From positions 85,358-149,357 of the forward strand of contig CAWHOE010000046.1 of NCBI GenBank assembly GCA_963830915.1: a stretch of DNA of 64,000 bases, in the 5' to 3' direction. Below the pieces are notes generated by a model. The model saw nothing but the letters and a program-made list of their open reading frames with translations, was not told where the DNA came from and searched no databases. Source of the DNA: a candidate division FCPU426 bacterium (lineage in GTDB: Bacteria; Oederibacteriota; Muellerivitia; Muellerivitales; Muellerivitaceae). Shown here one piece after another: positions 39,901 through 48,181 of this stretch; the stretch's first letter is position 1; each line of letters begins with the position of its first letter. A program made the translations under genes and the position numbers.

Positions 39901-40106
39901 GAAGATAAAGTGACATCTTCCGAACCATTATTGGTGATACGGATATGTAAAAGGGCGACATTTGAAGTGCCCGCGAGGAGGGTGGAATCAGGGGGAACGG
40001 GGGCGACAATGGAAACGCCTAATTGGATCTGAGCCCAGGCAGTAGTTGCCGTGAAAACACAGATAACACAGAGCGCGGTAAAAAAGCGGTGGAAGTTTTT
40101 TATCAT
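33915..40106 (-). CDS. Giant secreted Thr-rich repeat protein with two N-terminal beta-sandwich domains and a C-terminal FlgD-Ig/T9SS-like sorting domain
   Basis: Signal peptide ending AWA; duplicated ~160-aa domain; ~1,500 aa of T-X alternation; C-terminus IRVYNVRG..IR.L...GSYTVYWDGKDDNGESVYSGLYIV...KKVSVVKE. Confidence 0.88.
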   Translation of the reverse strand: MIKNFHRFFTALCVICVFTATTAWAQIQLGVSIVAPVPPDSTLLAGTSNVALLHIRITNNGSEDVTLSSITVSAPATETGNDTKISEVDLYQDVDQAGVVDGSVNWLAGGKYHVATGGSVVFSDPGYPLDTIAQGTSEDYVVSYDFSSTAPPGAYTTAILAAIQVTGAGDSTGTAIQVNGLFPLNGATITIATPTPTYTPTTTDTPTITFTPTNTPTQTFTATATSTATLPTLFVAISTLTPADTSVIAGTVDVPVMHFQIGNPGVDTIDISYIILNSSGNDQGVTASLWQDDDHAGVVDGSVNWLTESRYSASSHAATLGGFPLDSLGAGVTQDYLISYDFAGNAATGTYGSQIASSIKIVGTDTTLEKPIVVSGTFPLTGANITVVLATPTPTLTPTLTATNTTTSTATFTETQTGTFTSTDTATNTTTTSFTDTPTNTTTNTGTNSPTDTATPTPTLTPTDTATITLTNTPTDSPTNSATETPTNTDTQTVTSTGTDTATDTPTSSATNTATNSATNTGTDTATATITDTPTNTATLTSTNTVADTATNTVTNTATNSATNTGTDTATATITDTPTNTATLTSTNTAADTATNTATNTATNSATNTGTDTATATITDTPTNTATLTSTNTAADTATNTATNTATNSATNTGTDTATSTITDTPTNTATLTSTNTAADTATNTVTNTVTNTTTDTATTTATNSATNTGTDTATSTITDTPTNTATATSTNTPADTATNTATNTSTNTVTNTGTDTATSTITDTPTNTATATSTNTPVDTATNTATNTSTDTATNTGTDTATSTITDTPTNTATATSTNTPADTATNTATNTSTNTVTNTGTDTATSTITDTPTNTATATSTNTSADTATNTATNTSTNTVTNTGTDTATSTITDTPTNTATVISTDTPTNTATATSTNTGTDTATNTATDTVTNTTTDTATNTLTNTPTDTATNTATGISTDTPTNTATATSTNTGTDTATNTATNTVTNTTTDTATNTMTNTPTDTPTNTATGISTDTPTNTATATSTNTGTDTATNTATNSATNTTTDTATSTSTGTPTNTATNTATGVSTDTPTNTATATSTNTGTDTATNTATNTVTNTPTDTATNTATGISTDTPTNTATSTSTNTGTDTATNTATNTVTNTTTDTATSTFTNTPTNTATNTATGVSTDTPTNTATATSTNTGTDTATNTATNTVTNTTTDTATNTLTNTPTDTATNTATGISTDTPTNTATATSTNTGTDTATNTATNTVTNTTTDTATSTSTGTPTNTATNTATGVSTDTPTNTATATSTNTGTDTATNTATNTVTNTPTDTATNTATGISTDTPTNTATSTSTNTGTDTATNTATNTVTNTTTDTATSTFTNTPTNTATNTATGVSTDTPTNTATATSTNTGTDTATNTATNTVTNTTTDTATNTLTNTPTDTATNTATGISTDTPTNTATATSTNTGTDTATNTATNTVTNTTTDTATSTSTGTPTNTATNTATGVSTDTPTNTATATSTNTGTDTATNTATNTVTNTTTDTATNTVTNTPTDTATNTATGISTDTPTNTATSTSTNTGTDTATNTATNTVTNTTTATATNTVTNTPTDSATNTATGISTDTPTNTATATSTNTGTDTATNTATNTVTNTTTDTATNTVTNTPTDTATNTATGISTDTPTNTATATSTNTGTDTATNTATNTVTNTTTDTATNTVTNTPTDTATNTVTNTVTNTTTDTATSTFTNTPTNTATNTWTNINTDTPTNTATNTPTNSATNTTTDTATNTPTNTATNTTTVTSTDTATNTGTDTATNTPTNTVTDTSTNTTTDTPTNTATTTATNTVTDTATNTATSTPTNTPTNTATITNTDTPTNTSTNTMTNTPTNTATNTATNTSTDTTTNTATTTCTFTPTNTCTVTNTFTPTNSATASNSPTLTFTPTFTYTRTPTLSPTNTTTATNTATPNYTATYTFTATPTVAISLALGSNRFNSVTDPPLRIDYWDIEGGDVQIRVYNVRGTTIRHLSDLTLPAGSYTVYWDGKDDNGESVYSGLYIVAVIEPKRVEFKKVSVVKE
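35542..36950. repeat. Near-exact 636-bp (212-codon) internal tandem duplication, about 2.2 copies
   Basis: Marker GTGCCGGTCGATGTGCTG at 35653, 36289, 36925 and GTCGAAACGCCAGTCGCGG at 35611, 36247, 36883; period 636. Confidence 0.85.
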
Positions 40107-40433
40107 TCGGTAATGCTTACCCTTTTAGGTTCAATGAAATGTTGGCGGGTCAGCACCAATCCAGATCGTGAAATTTTACGGTGGGTGGTTCGGCAATTTC
40201 AAAACCAAGAACCTAGTCCCCTGTTAAAACTATTTAGTTAATAGATTACCACGATAAAATCCGCTCCGCTATATCGCTAAACGAGTCGGTGGGGTTTTCA
40301 AAAGAACCAATGTTGAAACCCAAAGAAAATTTTGAAACGGTGGGGTAATTGTCCTATTTTCATGGCACATTTTGGACAATTTCGATTGTTTTAATGATTT
40401 TGAAACTATGAAGAAATAAACAAAATTAGGTAT

Positions 40434-41123
40434 TTATTTTATTAGGGGATCTTTTACTCCAAGTTGTGAAAACCCTTTGGCCCTTAAAAGACACGAATCA
40501 CACCTACCGCATGGACGATCAACTTTGACGGGGTCATAACAGGAATGGGTCAGCCCGTAATCCACCCCCAATCTTAATCCTGTCAGGATGATTTGGGCTT
40601 TGGTCATCCGGATGAGGGGCGTATGGATCTTGAACCGCCATTTCCCTTCCACGCCTTTGCGGGTTGCCAGCCGGGCGAGCTTCTCGAAGGCCCGGATGAA
40701 TTCCGGACGGCAGTCCGGGTAGCCGCTGTAATCCAGCGCGTTCACGCCGATGAAAAGGTCCTGCGCCCCGATGACCTCGGCCCAGGCCATGCCCAGGGAA
40801 AGGAAAATGGTATTGCGGGCCGGAACATAAGTAGAGGGGATGCCCTTCCCCATTTCTTTCAGGCTTCGTGACTTAGGGACCTTGATCTTGCTGTCCGTGA
40901 GGGACGAACCGCCGAAGGAGGTCAGGGGCACGGCCAACTCCAGGTGGTTTTTCACCCCGAACTTCTTCACCACCCGGCGGGAGGCCTTCAGCTCCGCCTG
41001 GTGCCTTTGGCCGTAGGAGAGGGTCAGGGCGTAGGGCTCGAACCCCCGGCTTTTGGCGATGGCCAGACAGGTAGTGGAATCCAAACCGCCGGAGACCAGC
41101 ACGACCGCTTTTTTACTTTTCAT
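40434..41123 (-). CDS. queC: 7-cyano-7-deazaguanine synthase
   Basis: [40 protein letters not shown]...CGRCDSC. Confidence 0.97.
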   Translation of the reverse strand: MKSKKAVVLVSGGLDSTTCLAIAKSRGFEPYALTLSYGQRHQAELKASRRVVKKFGVKNHLELAVPLTSFGGSSLTDSKIKVPKSRSLKEMGKGIPSTYVPARNTIFLSLGMAWAEVIGAQDLFIGVNALDYSGYPDCRPEFIRAFEKLARLATRKGVEGKWRFKIHTPLIRMTKAQIILTGLRLGVDYGLTHSCYDPVKVDRPCGRCDSCLLRAKGFSQLGVKDPLIK

Positions 41124-41130
41124 TTCTCGA

Positions 41131-41793
41131 CTACCTTCCTTTGGATTCTTTGGGCCACAATATTTTATGCAGTTGCAGTTGGAACCTCACCGGCAAACGG
41201 TCGTCGGTGATCCATTGGGCCAGTTCGGCCGGCTCCAAATGGCCAAAAGCGGTCGAAAACAACAGGGTGAACTTTCCCGCCAGCCGTTTTTTTTCGATGA
41301 CGCCTTTGGCGTAGTCGTAATCTTCCCGGCCAGCGATGACGAACTTGATCTCGTCCTGCCCCGGAACAAGCCGGTCCAGGTTGGCCCAGACATTCCGTGC
41401 TTCCTCACCCGAACCTGGGCATTTGATATCCATGATCTTTACGATGGCGGGAGGTACCCGGTCCAGTTCCACCGCCCCGCTGGTTTCCAGCATCACCCTA
41501 TACCCTTGGTCCAAGAGGGAATCCATCAGGGGATAGACCCCCTCCTGTTCCAGGGGTTCGCCGCCGGTGAGTTCCACCAGTTTGACGCCGTAGGAATCCA
41601 CCTTTCGCAGGATGGTTTCCAGGCTCTTATCCTCTCCCTCATGAAAAGCGTAGGCCGTGTCGCACCATTGGCACCTGAGGGAACAACCGGTCAGGCGGAT
41701 GAACACGCAAGGCAGGCCCGCCCAAGTCGATTCGCCTTGAAGGCTCAGGTATATCTCGTTGACCTTCAAAGGTTCTTTTATTCGCTCCGTCAT
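41131..41793 (-). CDS. queE: 7-carboxy-7-deazaguanine synthase (radical SAM)
   Basis: [42 protein letters not shown]. Confidence 0.95.
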   Translation of the reverse strand: MTERIKEPLKVNEIYLSLQGESTWAGLPCVFIRLTGCSLRCQWCDTAYAFHEGEDKSLETILRKVDSYGVKLVELTGGEPLEQEGVYPLMDSLLDQGYRVMLETSGAVELDRVPPAIVKIMDIKCPGSGEEARNVWANLDRLVPGQDEIKFVIAGREDYDYAKGVIEKKRLAGKFTLLFSTAFGHLEPAELAQWITDDRLPVRFQLQLHKILWPKESKGR

Positions 41794-41810
41794 TTCCCCG
41801 CCTGTCTTTC

Positions 41811-44800
41811 CTATTCTTTCAGCTCCACAAGGTAATAGCTGGAGCGGTCCTTGGGGGAAATATTAAACTCCAAAGCCCCTTTATTCATAGTGGTCGACAG
41901 GGGGGACAGCTTCTGTCCCGACTCGTCGATGGGCGTGACCAGGTAATGGTCCGCGGCGTGGTCGACGATGGATATTTTGGCCGTTACACCCTGCATCAGG
42001 ATGGGGGTATGCCCCGAGTCCTTGAGGGCGGTGCGGGTGGGGTTGAAGACCTGCCCGCTGTTCTCGGCCCGGCCCACGGCGAACACCACGAATTTCTTGG
42101 ACTGGCTCAAGGGCTGGTGGTCCAAAGCGACCGCCAGGATGGCCGTCCAGGGATTGCGGGGGGCGACATGCGCCCACATTCCCGTTGTTCCCCAAACCTG
42201 GTCCGGACTGTCGGCCGAGATGGCCCCGACCAACCCCTGGACCATGGGGCTGTCGATCTTCAGGATGCCCTTGCCGTAATAGAGGGTCTCCTCGCCCGTA
42301 GAACTGTCGACCTCTTTTTCCTCGGCGTTGTAAAGCTTCTCGATCTTAGATAGGTCCGAGGGGGCCGCTGGCTTGGAACCAACGAAACGCTTCGCCACCT
42401 TGGCGACATAAGGAAGCCAGGGATGGTCGAACAGCCAGGAAGATTTGCTGCCGTTGGCCAGGATATCCTGGTCGGCGATGGGTTCCTCGATGGTCACGTC
42501 CGAGGGTTTCAACAACCCCTCCTCGAAGATCAGGGCGCCGGCCTGGTAGAGAGGCTCGTTATCCGGGCGGGAGTTGATGGAGAAATTGGTCATCTTCTCC
42601 GAACCGATCAGGGACGGGCCGAAATCGAACTGCAAAAAGCCGTCCCAATCCTGCAGGCAGCCGTAAGCGGCCATCAAGATGGGGCCCTCCAAACGGTACT
42701 CATTGGGGAAACAATCATTCCATTCGGTGACAATGAGGGGCTTGCCCAATACCGCGTCGTTGCATAGACCGAAGAGCAAGGACCCCTGGAAGGGATTCTT
42801 CAGCTGGGTCGTGTTGTTCATGGGCGCCCGGTCCACATTGGACCAGCCCCCGGCGATGTTCCAGATCTGCGGATGGTCCCAATAGGAGTGGGTATCCATA
42901 AAGTCCATGACCGAGTCGCTCTTGATGTTGCCCAGCACCGGCAGGCCGATGTTGCTTCCGGTCAGTAAGGCATGGGGGCTGAGTTTGGCCAGGAAGGTTT
43001 TCATTTCCAGGTTGCTCTTCAGGACCGTATGGAGCAGGAACTTCAGGCTGGAGTCGGCGTTCTCCGGGTTCTCGATGGCCTTCAGGGACTGGCTGTCCCA
43101 GTCGAACTTGAAATGGGTGATGGGGCCCTTGCCGCCCCAGGCCTCGAACATTTTCTGCAATTCGTCCCAGAAGGGCTGGGGGAATTTCTGCTCGCCGAAA
43201 TTACAGAAGATGGAGGACTCGTTCACGATCTCGTTGCCCACATAGACCGGGTCGTCCTTCAGGGCCAGGCCCGTGTAGGGGTTCAGGTGGGTCAGGAGCG
43301 CCTCGGCGTATTTTTTGTTGAGCTCGATGATACGCCGGCTGAAATGGATGACCGTCTTGGCGCCTTCCTCCAGGTCCTTGTAGCCTGGCACTTGGTCGCC
43401 CTCGCGGTATTTACGGCCCACCGACCAGTCGGGATAGACATAGATGCCGTTCTTCTTGAGGGCGGCGATGAGGTAATCCATCTGGTCCAGGGCCGCGGGA
43501 TTGAAGGTCTGGGTATTGTCGGCCTTGGGGTCGAACAGGCTGACCTCGCCCCAGTCGTTGTCGAGAAAATGCAAACGCACCAGGTTGATGCCCAGCTTGC
43601 GCATGCGCCCAGCCACCAGGTCCGCTTCCTCATGGGGAATGAAAAGGCGGGGACCCACCCCGTCCGTGCCCCAGAATTTGATCCTGGTGCCGTCGGCGAA
43701 GGTGAAATGCCCGCCCTGGTTCGTCACGAAACCGTGACCGCCCGCCGGGGCCTCATTGAGGAAGGAAAGATCCAGCGGAGCCTGGTCCGCCTTGAGGGGC
43801 GGCTGGTAAATGTACCAATCGGATGTGTCGCTGGCCTGCTCGGTCTGGAGAACGACCGGTATCTTGTTCCCCTTATCATCCAGCAGGGTCAGGGAGAGAT
43901 CGTCGAACCAGGCCTTGCCCGCGCAGTTACCCAAGCCGGCGTCCACATGGACCGCCGCCGAACCGGCCGGGACCGGATAGGACTTCTCATAATAGGTCCA
44001 GTCGGTCGTGCCAGACACGGCGCAGGCCTCCGCCTGCCAACCCCCGACCTGCTTGTTGTCGGCGTCCCTAAAATCCACGCCCAGGCGGGCGGCCATATAG
44101 TCCTCTTTCCCCCGGACCACCTGGTCCGTCCTTACCCACCCGCCGTAAACGATCCGGGCGGGGGTCTTGCCCCGGAAGGAAACGTCCTGGGCCGGCAGGG
44201 TCCAGGCGGGCGCGGTGTTCTCGACCACCAGGGAATGGCTGGAGTTGTGGCCCTGGGCGTCAACCTTCGCCATGTTCCAGGCGTCCGAGCCCGGCGTCTC
44301 GAAGTCCGGGTCCAACAACCAGTTGTCCGTCTTGATCGAGGAAGCGGGTTTCAGGGAAGGATGGGTCGAGGCCGCGCCGACCGCCAGGGGTTTCAGGTCG
44401 TAATCATAGACCAGCAGGCGCAGGTCGCTGTACCAGGCGCTTCCCTTGCAGTTGCACATCTGGAGGCTGACCTTGGCGGTGGCGGCGAAGGCCGGCACTT
44501 TATATTGGTTGGAATAAAGCTTCCAGTCCTGGGACCCGATCGCGCTGGCGATCTCAGCGGGCCATCCCCCCACCTGCTGTTTATTGGCGTCAAAGAAGAC
44601 GACGGTGATGCGGGCCATTTCCCAATCCCTGGTCCCCTTGACCACGTCCTGGCATTTCATCCAGCCCGAGATCTCGATGGCCGGAGGCGGGGGCTGGGGC
44701 AATTTCACTTCCTGCTCGTTGGCGGTCCAGGTAAATGAGTCGTTGTGGAGATAGGCGGATGGTTTGCCGTCATGGCCCGGCTGGGTCTGGAGGTTACCAT

Positions 44801-44915
44801 CCCATCCGGACCGATCCTTGAAGTCCCCATTGACCAGCCAGTTCAGGTCCACGGCTTTTGCGGATGGAGTGAAAAGCAGAAGGATGAGGCCGACGACCAT
44901 CGATAATTTTTTCAC
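41811..44915 (-). CDS. Secreted clan GH-A glycoside hydrolase (GH5-like) with two N-terminal CBM4/9-like domains
   Basis: Two repeats of 'NWL.NGDF/DPDFE...GGW...DW..Y...VP...G.AW..D'; G.N.VRLH, EIVNESS acid/base, DTHSYWDHP, IVTEWN nucleophile. Confidence 0.82.
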   Translation of the reverse strand: MKKLSMVVGLILLLFTPSAKAVDLNWLVNGDFKDRSGWDGNLQTQPGHDGKPSAYLHNDSFTWTANEQEVKLPQPPPPAIEISGWMKCQDVVKGTRDWEMARITVVFFDANKQQVGGWPAEIASAIGSQDWKLYSNQYKVPAFAATAKVSLQMCNCKGSAWYSDLRLLVYDYDLKPLAVGAASTHPSLKPASSIKTDNWLLDPDFETPGSDAWNMAKVDAQGHNSSHSLVVENTAPAWTLPAQDVSFRGKTPARIVYGGWVRTDQVVRGKEDYMAARLGVDFRDADNKQVGGWQAEACAVSGTTDWTYYEKSYPVPAGSAAVHVDAGLGNCAGKAWFDDLSLTLLDDKGNKIPVVLQTEQASDTSDWYIYQPPLKADQAPLDLSFLNEAPAGGHGFVTNQGGHFTFADGTRIKFWGTDGVGPRLFIPHEEADLVAGRMRKLGINLVRLHFLDNDWGEVSLFDPKADNTQTFNPAALDQMDYLIAALKKNGIYVYPDWSVGRKYREGDQVPGYKDLEEGAKTVIHFSRRIIELNKKYAEALLTHLNPYTGLALKDDPVYVGNEIVNESSIFCNFGEQKFPQPFWDELQKMFEAWGGKGPITHFKFDWDSQSLKAIENPENADSSLKFLLHTVLKSNLEMKTFLAKLSPHALLTGSNIGLPVLGNIKSDSVMDFMDTHSYWDHPQIWNIAGGWSNVDRAPMNNTTQLKNPFQGSLLFGLCNDAVLGKPLIVTEWNDCFPNEYRLEGPILMAAYGCLQDWDGFLQFDFGPSLIGSEKMTNFSINSRPDNEPLYQAGALIFEEGLLKPSDVTIEEPIADQDILANGSKSSWLFDHPWLPYVAKVAKRFVGSKPAAPSDLSKIEKLYNAEEKEVDSSTGEETLYYGKGILKIDSPMVQGLVGAISADSPDQVWGTTGMWAHVAPRNPWTAILAVALDHQPLSQSKKFVVFAVGRAENSGQVFNPTRTALKDSGHTPILMQGVTAKISIVDHAADHYLVTPIDESGQKLSPLSTTMNKGALEFNISPKDRSSYYLVELKE

Positions 44916-45258
44916 GAACGCTCCTTTTTCTGGCTAAGTCTGTTTATGGAATGACACCGATTCTAACGCCTAAATTTGACGAAGAGAGCCAAAGAAAGTG
45001 TCAATAAAGATACAACTTAGGGGGTCGAAAAATCCGATTTACACAAGTGGTGGGAGGTTGCCACCAATCCTTAGGGGCCGGAGAAGGTTCCTCTGGAGGC
45101 TTATTTGTTAATAAAAAAAGGACCATCTATTCCAAAAATTGGGCAAAAGGGGCTTTTCCCCTGTCTTTTTAGGAAGATTTTAGTATGATTAATCCTTCTT
45201 CGGGACCGTCAGGTCCGAAGAGATGTTAAATTTTTATTAGTAGAAAGGTTGTTGCAGC

Positions 45259-45459
45259 ATGGCACAAGGAACAGTTAAGTGGTTCAAGAACGAAAAAGGC
45301 TTTGGTTTCATTTCCCAAGACGGGGGTGAAGACGTATTTGTTCACTTCTCCGCTATTCAGACAGATGGATTTAAATCCCTGAATGAAGGCGACCGCGTGG
45401 AGTTCGATGTCACACAAGGTCAAAAGGGTTTGAAAGCTGAAAACGTCCGCAAGATATAA
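45259..45459 (+). CDS. cspA: Cold-shock protein
   Basis: [24 protein letters not shown] (RNP1/RNP2). Confidence 0.97.
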   Translation: MAQGTVKWFKNEKGFGFISQDGGEDVFVHFSAIQTDGFKSLNEGDRVEFDVTQGQKGLKAENVRKI

Positions 45460-45474
45460 CTATCTCGCGCCGTT

Positions 45475-45511
45475 AAAAGCCCCTGGGGTCACCCCCAGGG
45501 GCTTTTTTTTT
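45475..45511. terminator. Bidirectional intrinsic terminator
   Basis: AAAAGCCCCTGGGG-TCAC-CCCCAGGGGCTTTTTTTTT between convergent genes. Confidence 0.92.
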
Positions 45512-45521
45512 GCCCGCGCCC

Positions 45522-46214
45522 TCACCAATGGGAGCATTGCGCCTGGGTACGCCGGTAGCTCGCGGGCGTGTCGATCTTCGCGTTGTTCCGCAAGACTTCC
45601 TCTTTGAACCTGTTGAATATGGGCACGATGATGCCCTCGATGCGTTTCTCGATGACGCTTTTCCCCTCTTCCATGGAACCTACCCTGATCGGATGGGCTT
45701 TGGTCGGGATGGACCGGTCCCTCTGCAGGGCCCTTTTCATCAAGGATTGGTATTTGACGAAAGCCCGGTCGTTGATCGCCACATGGGTATTCTCGTGGGC
45801 CAGAACGACCCGGTACTGGCAGCTCCCCTCCGGGAACTGGCTGGAGACATAAACGTTCATTTTCGTGATGGAAAAATCAACGTGGACCGAGTCGGCCCAG
45901 ACGACCAGGGGCTTGCCCGGGCCGTAGTTCATCCCCGCCACCTCCACGTTATGCTGGACCTCGTTCTCGAAAGCGGTCAGCCCCGGCTCGTGCATCGCCC
46001 GGCTCGATCGATAGATATGGCTCATGGACTCGATCTGTTCGGTGCTGTAATTATGATAATAAGTGGGCTTTAAAAATGTTCCCGTGAAATTCAGGAAGGC
46101 GGCCTGGGCGGGGAGGACGCTCCCAGAGAAAAGGAGAGCGAGGATACAAATATGGAATGAAACCGAGCGGTGAGGTCTCTTTTGTCCGGAACTATCGTTT
46201 CTGTCCATGTTCAC
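45522..46214 (-). CDS. Secreted HEXXH protein (DUF922-like putative Zn protease)
   Basis: Signal-like segment; GLT, C.Y..VLAHENTHVAI, IDTP..Y...C. Confidence 0.65.
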   Translation of the reverse strand: MNMDRNDSSGQKRPHRSVSFHICILALLFSGSVLPAQAAFLNFTGTFLKPTYYHNYSTEQIESMSHIYRSSRAMHEPGLTAFENEVQHNVEVAGMNYGPGKPLVVWADSVHVDFSITKMNVYVSSQFPEGSCQYRVVLAHENTHVAINDRAFVKYQSLMKRALQRDRSIPTKAHPIRVGSMEEGKSVIEKRIEGIIVPIFNRFKEEVLRNNAKIDTPASYRRTQAQCSHW

Positions 46215-46852
46215 ATGATCTCTTTCAGGCTTCGAATATCCTTCCGCCCGGCGAAAAGATCACCGGCCCACATGAAGGGGTCCATTTTCCGGCCTTCCCG
46301 TTCAAGGGACGAGACCAGATAATTGAATTGCCGTAGGTTTGGATCGGCTTTGAAAAGCCACCGCCAATTCTTGTTCCGGCAAAGGGTTTCTCCCAGATAG
46401 ACCCCGACGATACCCAGCCGGATACGGGCGTCCAACTCATTCTCGACCTCAGCCAGAAGCGTCGGTAAATAAGCCGCTAATCGGCCCAGGGACTCCAACG
46501 TGAGGTCCGGGCCAATTTCCGTCAGGTCCTCTTCCCGGTTGGCGATCAGACGGGATATGGTCCTTTCGGCGTTCGCCAAGTCATTATCGACGGTTTTAGC
46601 CGAGGCGTTCCGGGCCTGGACCGCTTCAAGGATCAGGCCGACAGCCTTTTGACGGCGACCTCGGAACCGGTTCCACCCATTCCACCCAAAGATGGCAAAG
46701 ACAACCGTTCCCAAAAAGCAGAGGCACCAGACCCATTCTTTCGGCAAACCAGGAAAGAAAAAAGGCCGATAGAATTCGTTAAGGAACGCTGTCAGGGCAA
46801 ACAACAGGGCCAGGGTGAAATAAGCGATACTCATCTTCAAGGGCCGGACCAT
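46211..46852 (-). CDS. Hypothetical membrane protein (2 N-terminal TM)
   Basis: ORF overlaps both neighbours; GVYLGETL..W.W motif. Confidence 0.65.
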   Translation of the reverse strand: MVRPLKMSIAYFTLALLFALTAFLNEFYRPFFFPGLPKEWVWCLCFLGTVVFAIFGWNGWNRFRGRRQKAVGLILEAVQARNASAKTVDNDLANAERTISRLIANREEDLTEIGPDLTLESLGRLAAYLPTLLAEVENELDARIRLGIVGVYLGETLCRNKNWRWLFKADPNLRQFNYLVSSLEREGRKMDPFMWAGDLFAGRKDIRSLKEIM

Positions 46853-47400
46853 TAAAACTCGATCCCTTTTTTAGCCTGCTCTTGGGCGTCGAAATAATGT
46901 TTCTCTTTTTTCATTTCGGTGACCAGATCGGCTTTGGCGACCAACTCGGGCCAGACCTGATGCCCGGTGATGACCAATTCGCATCTCCGTTTGCGATCGT
47001 AAAGTTTCACTAAGTCCATGACCTCTTCCCTTGTCACCAGCTTGCACATGACCGCGGCCAATAGCTCGTCCAAAACCAGCAGGTCTTGCTTGCCTTTTGT
47101 GATCAGTTCACGGGATTTATTCAAGGCCGCCCGGGCCTGCTCAAAATCGACCGGATCGTTCCTGAAACGGAAGGCCTTGGGGCCAAGCACCCTTTCCCCG
47201 CCAAACGGGAATAGGGTTATCCCCTTCAGTTTCCTGAGCAATTTCCTCTCGGAATAATGCTCATCCTTGCCGTTATAACCTTTGTCGAACTGGACAAAAG
47301 CCACCTTCAACCCAGCCCCCAGGGCGCGCAGGGACAGGCCCAGCGAGGCGGTCGTCTTGCCTTTGCCATAACCGTAATAAATATGCAGGCGGTTTTTCAT
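46852..47400 (-). CDS. cobO: Cob(I)yrinic acid a,c-diamide adenosyltransferase (CobA/CobO/BtuR)
   Basis: YYGYGKGKTTASLG, VQF.K, LVLDEL, ELVITG, ADLVTEM..EKHYF...GIEF. Confidence 0.93.
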   Translation of the reverse strand: MKNRLHIYYGYGKGKTTASLGLSLRALGAGLKVAFVQFDKGYNGKDEHYSERKLLRKLKGITLFPFGGERVLGPKAFRFRNDPVDFEQARAALNKSRELITKGKQDLLVLDELLAAVMCKLVTREEVMDLVKLYDRKRRCELVITGHQVWPELVAKADLVTEMKKEKHYFDAQEQAKKGIEF

Positions 47401-47515
47401 GGGGTTTAGTTTATGGGATTGGGACTGGGTTCACAAGACGAAGAAAGAACGATAAAAACAGGAAGGAGGAAACCGCTGAATATCCAAGATATCGTGAGCC
47501 TGGGTTGGATGGAAC

Positions 47516-47875
47516 TTACGCTTCTTTTTCCACCGAGTTCTTGGCCAGGTCTTGGATGGCTTTGATGGCCCATTCATCCGGAAGGACGAAACTGACCCCG
47601 CAGTGGGTTTTCTTGGCCCAGACGATCTTGGCGTAGACTTCGATGGTTTGATCTTTCTCCAATTCGATATTCAGCTTCAGTATCGCTTCCGATTTGAAAG
47701 GCCGTTGGACCTCTAGCTTCAAACCGCTTTCGCTGATGTTGTGGGCGATACCCGGCTGATGTTTCGCGTCGACCTCGAAAATATTGCCCGATTTCGACGG
47801 GACCACCGTAAAAACACGAACGGGTTTTTTGACTTCGAATCTTTCGCGGCGGCGTTTTTCGGAAACAGCGGCCAT
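47516..47875 (-). CDS. Stand-alone PilZ domain protein
   Basis: EKRRRERF (RxxxR) and NISESG (D/NxSxxG) c-di-GMP-binding motifs; IVW...GVSF. Confidence 0.88.
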   Translation of the reverse strand: MAAVSEKRRRERFEVKKPVRVFTVVPSKSGNIFEVDAKHQPGIAHNISESGLKLEVQRPFKSEAILKLNIELEKDQTIEVYAKIVWAKKTHCGVSFVLPDEWAIKAIQDLAKNSVEKEA

Positions 47876-48181
47876 TTTCCAGGTCCTTTGAAAGCGTTAT
47901 TCCCTGAGGATAATCGAAAAGTTAGGCGAAAAACTGCAATATTTGTGCCCTGAAACCATACTCCGTCCCGTTTATCGATAAAGTTTCCAGTTGTTCGTTT
48001 TAATGATTTTTAAAAATAATTTTCGGGAATGAATAAAGTTATGACAATTGTGGTGAGATCGAACTTTTTCGGCGGCTTTCTGACAAAAATTTTGCCACCT
48101 TAACAATACAAAAACTATCTTTCAGAAGACCGCCCCGTTCCCAAGTCAAATCCAATGACATGGGTCTAGGCCTATTCTTTT

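Noticed and set aside
40434..41793. queC/queE as a 7-deazaguanine DNA-modification (dpd) or QatC-type defence system
   Set aside because: Both look like canonical-length housekeeping enzymes; no dpdA/tgt-like, TatD, ATPase or nuclease neighbours.
45197..45221. Riboswitch in the cspA leader
   Set aside because: Only a single short hairpin (TCTTCGGGACC-GTCA-GGTCCGAAGA); no recognisable aptamer consensus.
29639..48181. Prophage, ICE or transposon explaining the accessory block
   Set aside because: No integrase, transposase, phage or conjugation genes and no att-like direct repeats recognised.
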